Assembly: GCA_045537815.1 (NCBI GenBank)
Contig: JAZSQD010000127.1
Location: 28,949 to 92,948, forward strand
DNA length: 64,000 nucleotides
DNA from: Acutalibacteraceae bacterium
Lineage (GTDB): Bacteria > Bacillota > Clostridia > Oscillospirales > Acutalibacteraceae
Reading direction: 5' to 3'
Numbering within the stretch: position 1 is the stretch's first letter; each line of letters begins with the position of its first letter. The position numbers and the translations under genes were made by a program. This document shows positions 1-9,000 of the stretch, in pieces. The notes beneath the pieces are model-generated. The model was not told the origin of the DNA. It saw only the letters and a list, made by a program, of their open reading frames with translations, and made no database searches.

Positions 1-3000
1 CAACTTCGCCGTCCTTAGTTTCAGCAACATAGATTGTGTTGCCGTCAATCTTAAGAACTTCTGCGCCTTCAGCTGCAGCCTTAGTATAGTATGTTGTGCC
101 GTAAGCATCTGTAATAGCTACTGCGTCTGCTGCTGCGGGGATGTTGTTACCGTCCTTATCAGTTGCAAGAGCGATAACGGGAACAGTCTTATAAAGCTTG
201 TTACCTTCATCGTCTGAGCCGTCTTCAACCTGCATGGTTGCAAGAAGGTTTGTGCCGTTGTTGAAGTAAGGAGTCTTTGTGCCGTCTTCTGCTTCTGTAT
301 AGTGAACAGTTGCATCATATGCATCGGGAGTGAAGAACTTATTGTATGCAGCTTCCCATGTGTCGCAGCCTGCGAATACAGTATTAAATGTTGCATTCTG
401 CTGCTTGAAGTACTTGAGAGTGAGGTTGACACCGCCGTCAGCACCGCCTGTGAGCTCGTAAACAAGGTCAAGGATTGAGTCAATCTTGTTCTTGCCGAAG
501 AGGTTTACAAGAGCAGTGAAGATTGTGGTAGCAAGGCCTGCCTTATCTTCTGTATCCTTGAAGAGTGAGGTGAGAAGGTTTTCTACAACTGCTTCAACAG
601 TGTCACCCTTAAGGTCGATAGTAAGGTTCACGCCAAGTGCGGGAAGAAGTTCACCTACGAGAGGAAGAACTGCTGTAATAAGGCTGTCAAGCTGAGTGGG
701 AAGGTTATTGAGTTCAGCCTTATTGAGAGGAACGTTATCCCAATCGATTTCGGTATCTTCTGTGATACCTGTCAAGCCTTCGGGAGCGGTACGTGCATCT
801 TCATATACGATGTTATACCATGAAAGAAGGTTGATAAGGAGAGCTTCAATAGCCTGAGGATCGTTGAATACGCCGTAAACGAGTACGCTGAGGAGACCGT
901 TAAGGTTGATTTCGCCTGCTTCGTTCTGGAATTCGTAAGCCTTGAGTGATTCGTCGCTGAAGTCGAACATATCAACAAACTTAGCGAGGAGATCACGTAC
1001 TGCGGGCTGGAATACGATTGTTTCGAGAACTGTGAGGAGAACTGTCTCACGGTCAACAACATATTCTGCTGCAACTACCTTGTTTTCAGTGTAGCTGTCG
1101 TCAAGGTCTGTTGTGTTGAATACGGGGCTCTTGATAGTAACATTACCGTCGCCGGTTACATCGTACCAAGCGCAGGAAGCGATTGTCTTGAAGAGTGTAT
1201 CAGTGATGATATCCTTAAGCCAGATAGCTTCCTTAACACCGTTTTCGTCAGCTTCGCCGACTTCAATCTTAACATTCTTGATGAGATCCCAAACGATATC
1301 CATAAATGTAAGCTTATCGAAGTCAACACCGGTGTTGTTACCGATTTCGGGTGCATCGCCTGTATCGATAACTGCGATGCCTGCAGCTGCGTTTGCGGCC
1401 TGAGCTTCGTTAATCTGCTGCTCAAGATATGCAGCGGCTGTCTGTGCTGCATTTGAGGCTTCCATATCTCTTGCGAGATTATAGAGAAGACCCTTAATGA
1501 GACCCATAAGATCAAGGTCATAGATGTTCTTGATAAGGTCTGTGAGTGCTGTTACGGGTGAAAGAAGGTTGCCGAGGATTGTATCAACACCGTCGCTTTC
1601 AAGGAAGCGTGCAAGGTAGGGAAGTACTGTTGCAAGAGTTGATACGGGACGCTCGCAGAGTGAATCAACGAGAGCGAAGAGTGCATCAGCGATTGACTGA
1701 AGCATCACCTTCTTGCCTGTTACACCTACAGCCATATTATCGGGATCGTCTGAGCCGTAAACTGCTGCCTCAAATGATGCCTGATCTCTGTAGTAGCCTG
1801 CAAGGTAGGGATAACCTTCATTATCCTTGAGTACGGGTACACCGAGAGCCTCAATGATGGGAAGGATTACACCCTGATAGCCTGCAAAGCCCTTAATTGT
1901 GATTTCGTCATAGATTGTGATTGAACCGTTGAGAAGGAAGAGCTCGAGAACCATTGAGAGAGGTGAAACGATATCCCAGAGAACATTTACAAAGTTTTCT
2001 CTTGACTGCATTCTTGCGATAAGGTCTGCATTAGCCTTTTCAGCGTCAGTCATACCGTCTGCGTACTGAGGTTCTGCTACGATGTTCCATTCTGCATCGA
2101 ACTTAATTGCTGTCTTCTGGTTGTCCTCATCGGGAACCATTTCGGGAGCAAGCTGATATTCGATTGCATTGCCTTCTTCGTCGAATTCTGTTGTTGATGT
2201 GTAAGTTGTCTTGCCTGTTTCTTCAAATTCAACGGTGTGCTTGGTTGTTACATCTTCGCCGTCACCATTCTTGGAAACAGTGTTGTAATAATAGGTGTAG
2301 TATGTCTTTTCTACGCCGTCAACTGTATCAGTTCTTGACTGCTGCTTTTCGTTGTAAACTGCGATAAGAGTTACAACATCATCCTTATCGCCGTCATTGT
2401 CAGCGTCAACAGTTACAGTTGTGCCGTCAAGAGCATCGCTCTTATTGAAGTAGGAGGCATAGATAACCTGACCCTTATCATCTGTTGCTGTTTCGAGGGT
2501 TTCACCGTCTTCAGCGAGTGTAAGAGTTGCATACTTGTATTCGTACTGCTTGTTAGCTTCGCCAACTTCCTTCCAGGTCTTAGCGTCGCCGATAAGCTCT
2601 GCAAGTGTATCGTTGTTCTTGAATGCTGAGGGATTGATGTTGAGAACATTACCGTTAGCATCCTTAACGTTGTCAAGAATATCAGCAACGATGCCGAGAA
2701 TGTTGTCAACGTTGTCAGTTGCGAGTAAGCCAACGAGCATACCGAGAAGTTCGTTGAGTATATCGTCTGTGAAGAGATAGCCTTCAAGAAGAGTGTTAAC
2801 AAGGTTGTTGAGAGTAAGGTCTGCATCAGCGTCAACGATACCGTTGAGAAGTGCGCCTTCCTTGGTAAGGTCTGCCTTGAAGAGGTTAAGGATTGTACCA
2901 ACGAGCTTGTCAAGGTTATCAATAGCGTATGATGTCTTTGTACGAGCGATGACTGAGCCGCTGTAACCGTCTGCAGTTACGTCGTCGTATGTGAGGCCTG

Positions 3001-6000
3001 CATCGTCGTAGAAGTCGTAGTGATACTCTTCGATAGCCATAAGCTCAACATTTTCTGTGCCGGCTACTGAGTAATCTGTGAAGAGTGTTACGATAAGGTC
3101 AACAACTTCGTCAGGATTGCGGAATACGCCTGTGAGGATGTTGTCGAGAAGGTCTGCATCTGTACCGTTTTCATCGGTGATGTCATAACCGAGAGCTGAG
3201 CCGAGAACTTCCTTGAGAGTTGTATTTGTGAATACAAAGTCGAGGATGAACATAAGAACGTCAGCCTTTGAAACTGTAAGCTGGCCGTTAACCTCGTCAA
3301 TCTTAACAAGGTCTTTTTCAGCTACATTCTTAGTTGTTTCAGTGATTTCAGCCTTTGTAATCTTACCTGCAACATCCTTTGTTACGGTTACTGATTCGGT
3401 TGTAAGGCTGTATGAAGTTGTATCATTGCCGCCGATGGGATCACCGAGAGCTGCAAGAGATGTGAGCCAATCAGTGAGAGCTACTGAACGGAGCTTTCTT
3501 GCTTCTTCAAGCTTTGCTTCGTCAGTTACACCGTTTGCATCGGTGTTAGCATTGATGATATCCCATGCTGCATTTTCAACATCTGCATCAATAAATGCAG
3601 TGATTGTTCTGTAGTAGGGTTCGTCATAACCGTAGATGCCTGCCATATCAATCTTGATATTTGAAACGAAGGAGATAAGTGCCTCTGTAAGAGAGATGTT
3701 AGCTTCTTCAGCAGGTACGGGAGTTCTGATAATATTGCCGCTTTCGTCATAGGTAATTTCGTCGAAGTACTTGTTGCCGTCCTTACCTTCATAGAACTTG
3801 AAGATTTCCTGGAAGGATGTCCATGTCTTTGTTCCGAGGTAGTCGATGAGACCTGCGCCGAGGTCGTTAACATCAACTGCGAGAACGGGACCGAGTCTTT
3901 CAATAAGTACCATTACGAAGGTGAGAAGGTTGGAAACAACTTCGTTGAGACCGTCACCTACGATGAAATATGCAAGTGTGGGAAGCATATTTGTAAGAGT
4001 AGCGATGGGATATTCAGCAAGAACTTCTACGAAATAGAATACGTAGTTAACAACGATCTGGAGGAATTTTTCCATATCGTAATCTGTGCCTGTTGTGCCC
4101 ATTGCTGCCTGCATGCCTGCGTTATCGCCGATAAGAGTGTTGGGGATTTCAGCGGCGCCGTACTTCTGACCACGCTTTTCATTAAGAGCCTGAAGATATG
4201 TCTTGTCTGTTTCGTTACCTCTTTCATCAAGAACCTTATTGGTGTCAAGATATGTAAGGATAGCGTCAAGACCGAAGCCGCGGAGAAGGGGAAGGATAGT
4301 TTCTGTATATGTATCCTGACCTTCGATATTAAGTGTATCAAATGCCTTGATAGCTGTATTTGTTGTCTTACCGAAGAAGAGACCTACAAGAATGCTTTCA
4401 AGCTGGCTGATGAAATCCCAGAGTGAAGATACGAATGTGTCAAGGTTATTATAGAAGTTTTCGCTGCCCTCTAAGAAACCGAAGGACCATGTAACTTCAG
4501 GATTCTGTGTTTCAGTGTATACGGGAGCAAGGTCGTACTTCTTGTATACGTCCTTCTCTACTTCGATTTCATTGCCCTCTTCGTCCTTTTCTTTAACAGT
4601 TTCAGTGCCTGTTACAACTGCGAAGGACTTGAGGTTTGCGAGTTCTGAAGTGTATTCAACAGTTTCACCGTTTGCATTGGTGTAAGTGTAGACATACTTG
4701 CCTTCAGCATCTGTCTTCTGTGTGTAGAATGCTACGGTTGAATCGTAAACGGGCGCTCCGTCTTCGGACACAGCAAGCTTAGCCTCGCCGTCTTCAATGA
4801 CAACGTTGCCGTTTTCATCATATTCGTAGCCCTGGATTGAGTGAGCCTTCTTGATCATTTCCCAAGTAAGGTCTTCACCGTTAACTGTACCGTCTGCAGC
4901 GATGTTAAGGTTATAATCCATGTAAGCCTTAAGGCCTGCACCGATTGCCTCTTCACCTGTTGCAGTGTAAAGGGTCTTAGCTGTAAAGTCGAAGCCTGCT
5001 TCCTTAGCAACGTCACGGAAGCTACTTACGCCACCACCGAAGACGCCCATAAGAAGGTCGTAAATTGTTGTCATCATCTCATCGTTGAATACAAGGTCAC
5101 CAAGGAGACCTGCAACGATATCGAAGAGACCTGAGCTGCCTGCCTTAAGCTCAACACCGAGCTTTGAAAGGTCAAGAGTACCTGTTGAGGTAAGAATATT
5201 GAGAATGTCGGGAATTGCCTTTGAGAGAACGATATCAAGGCTGTCCATTGTCTGGTTAACCTCAGCTTTTGTGAAGAGAGGATCACCTGTGGGATTGCCG
5301 TCTGCATCCTTAACCTTTGTTACTGAATCCCAATCGTAGCCAACGTGCTCAACAGCGTACTTGTTAACGATAGCTGCTGCGTCGGCAGTGTTACCGTTAA
5401 GAGCTTCACCGAGTGTTTCATAGAACATGGGAACACTTGAGCCGGGCTCATAGTCAGTGAGAAGGTCTACAAGGATGCCAACGATGATATCAACAGCAGT
5501 ACCGTTGTAGTTGCCGTTTGCATCGAGGTTGGGAGTCTTACAACGGTCAACAAGGCCGTTAGCAATGTTTGTAAGCTTAACGATTTCTGCAGGATCCTTA
5601 GCTGTACCGTCGATACCGCCCTTAGCGATGAAGTTCTCATAGAGACTGCTGAAGAGCTTGAGCATATCTTCAGTAAGAACGGAACGTACAAGTGTTACAA
5701 ATGCCTGACCTGCAACGCCCTCTGAGCGATAAATTGTGTTAATTGCGCTGGAGAAGGTCAGTGCATCAGCGTTCGAATTGTATGTCTTCATGTTACCGCC
5801 GAGAGCTGCAAGAGCACCGAAGTCAATGAAGGAGCTGATGTTAATTGCGTTTTCATCCATGCCTTCCTTAGCAAGAGCCTTGGAAATTGCTGCGTTGATT
5901 GTTGTTTCAAGGTCGAGGAAGTCACTGATAAGCTGAGCAACGTCAAGCTCGAGGATCTTTGAAAGAACGGGATCAACGATGTCAAGAATCTTAAGAACAG

Positions 6001-9000
6001 GACCGATAAGGTTCTTAACAGACTGTGCAAGGTTAGATGTTCTGATGGGAAGTCCTGCTTCGTCCTTTTCGCCTGTATCGTATGTATACATAAAGTATGC
6101 GATGTTGGGAATTCTTTCAAGAAGAACTGTAAGAGGACTGTCAAGAAGACCTGTGAAGTTTGTTCCTGTGTCACCAACGAGAAGAGCTCTGATAGCAACA
6201 AAGAGAGGATCGAGAGGTGAGTTTACTGATATCCAGTTTCTGCTGCCGCCCTGGTTAGCCGACGGATCAGATCTGCTGAATACGTATTCCATGAAGTCTG
6301 CTTTGCTCATTGAAGCAGTATATTTCTTGGTTGCGTCGAGCTTGACATTGCCGACACCGAGAGCTTCAATAATCATTACAAGACCTGTGGAGTAACCGTT
6401 ACCGCCTTCAAGTGTAAGCTTGTCGAAATAGGTAAGGTCTTCACCGCAGAGGATGAGTGAGAAAATAACATTAAGGGGTGAAAGAAGGTCTGAAATAATC
6501 TTGAAGAATGCGTCTACCTTCTGTTCGTTTGTTGAGGTTGCGGTAATTGACGGGAACCAATCGTGCTTAACTGTACCGTCAGCGTTACGTGCGGGAGCGT
6601 GTACGGTTGCCCATGTTGTATTCTGGTTGTTTGCGCCCTGACCGGCAAGCCATGATGAAAGACCTGCATTGCTGAAGTTGCCGGTTGTGTTGGACCAGAA
6701 CTTATAAGGTCTGATATCAATACCGAGATCGGTGAATACGGGAAGGAACTTGCCGATATCATCACCGCCGAGGATGCCGCCGAGAAGACCGCTGTCAACA
6801 ACTGTTGATACAGTGCCGTCGTCGTTTTCAACCTGTGATTGAGCACCTGTACCGAAGAGGAGCTCAATGAGAACCTGTACAAGCTCGTCTGAGGTTACAA
6901 GGTTAGCAACGATGGTTGAAAGATCCCACTTGTTTGCAACTGCCTCGTCAAGGATATCCTTAACAAAGCCAAGATCAAGCTCATTGCCGAGAAGGTTGAG
7001 AGGCTTGCCGAGGAAGCCGTCAATTGTATCTCCGAGGAGATTGAGAATTGTGGGAATAAGTGTGGGAATAAGATTATCTACATTCTTAAGAGCAGCATTG
7101 ATCTTATCAACGCCTGTCTTGCCTTCATAAGCGGCAGATGTTGATTCAGTGAGGTATTCACCGAGAACGAAGGATTTTACGTCGTATTCATCCTTGAGCA
7201 CCCATGACATCTTGTCGTTGCTTGCGTCGTTGTCAAGAGTTGTGGAATATGTGTCAAGGTAAGTATAAAGGTCAACATTATATGTGTTAAGAAGTGATAC
7301 GAGGATACCTGCGATATTATCTGCCTGACCTGTAAGGGCACCGAGAATAGTACCGAGTGTACCTTCTGCACCGAGGAGATTACCTACGGTTGTAAGAACA
7401 CCGTCGTTCATAAGCCAACGGAGAAGTACAAGAAGTACATCTGCGGGCTCAGCGTTAAGGTGGTAAACATGGTGTGTATAGTCAACACCGGCGGCTGTTT
7501 TATATGAAGCATCGCACATTGCCATTATGCGGTTTATGGGTATAACCAATCTCAATGTTCCCACACCGTTTTTCCAAGTGAACGCTTCTTGGATTCCTTC
7601 ACCTGCAAGATCGAACAATATCTGTGAAAGAACACCGTTTGCAAGGTAGAAGTTTCCGCTTTCGTCCTTATATGCAACCTTTTTGGTTACTTTTGAATTA
7701 TCCTCATTCTGTTTTGTTGTCGGATTAGTATACTTTGCATCATAATTTGAGGCATTCTCATTATAGTCATAATAGAGAACTTCACCCTTGTTGTTTTTCT
7801 CATCCTCCAACAAATAGTTCGTATAATAGTTTGATGGCGCTGAACCGTCAGAATTCAGATTATATGCGGGTTGATCTTTTGTTCTTGTAGTTTTGGTAAG
7901 GCTGTCAAGAAGACCTTCTATACCCTTTGTAAGAGTAAGGTTGTTATCTGTAAGAAGACCTGAAATCATATCCTTGTAAAGGTCCATAGACTGGTCATCC
8001 TTAGCGATGCCGCCAAGAACGTCGTAGAAATAACGAAGCTGGAGACCTTCGATCTTGGGAAGAATCTGGTTGTATTCAAGTGCTGCAAGAAGGTTGGGGA
8101 GAAGGCTAAGGATTGTTTCTACAGGATTTGCAAATAATGTACCTTCGAGCCAATTGAAGAGGGGATCAAGAAGAAGTGACCAAAGGTTATAACCATAGTT
8201 GGGAAGACATTTAACGTCGCCACGCTGACCGCCGCCGTTAACGTCACCGGCAGTAGCAATTTCAGAGGCGGGTGCATAGTCTGTAATTCCAAGAAGCTCA
8301 TAAAGAGGAATAAGGAGCATGTCATAAAGACAGTCATTCTTTGCTGTGAAAGTAATATCACCGTCAATAGGTACGTCACCTATAAGTATAATGTTAATAG
8401 CAACTTTCAGAATATAGGGTGTTTCGGAGCCGGAAATGAGACCGCCGAGAATAGGCTGATAACCGCAAACTGCAGCGGAAAGAGCCTTGTAGAATTCGTC
8501 TTTATTTTCAATGTTCCAAGCAGCCTTGCTGTCTAAGTTATCCCATGCAGACTGAGGAATACCGGCAAGGGGGTTATCTGCAGAGTTGGAAACTTCTGTG
8601 TAGTTAGGAAGAACTGTCTCTGTCTTCCAGTAAGATCTGGTCCAGAATCCGTCTGCGCCCTGAGTACGGGAATCTTCCTTGAAGCGGGGAGCCTGATTAC
8701 AAACTTCGAGAATCTTTTCGTAATGCTGATCACTCCAGATAGCACCGGTAAACCAATCACTGAATCTTACACCGTTCTGGCCAAGATTATAGCTGTTGCC
8801 TGACCAACCTTCTGTGTACCACTGAGGCATAGTGGCAAGAGCAGTACGAAGGAAAGAGGGGAACATCTTAGCATTTGAACCCTGTACTCTTGCAACATAG
8901 TAGTTCATATCTATTTTACCTTCAAGGTTATAGATAAGCTCACCGACCATCTCGTTAAGAAGCTTAAAGAGCATGGTGTGTAATTCACCGCTGTAAAGAT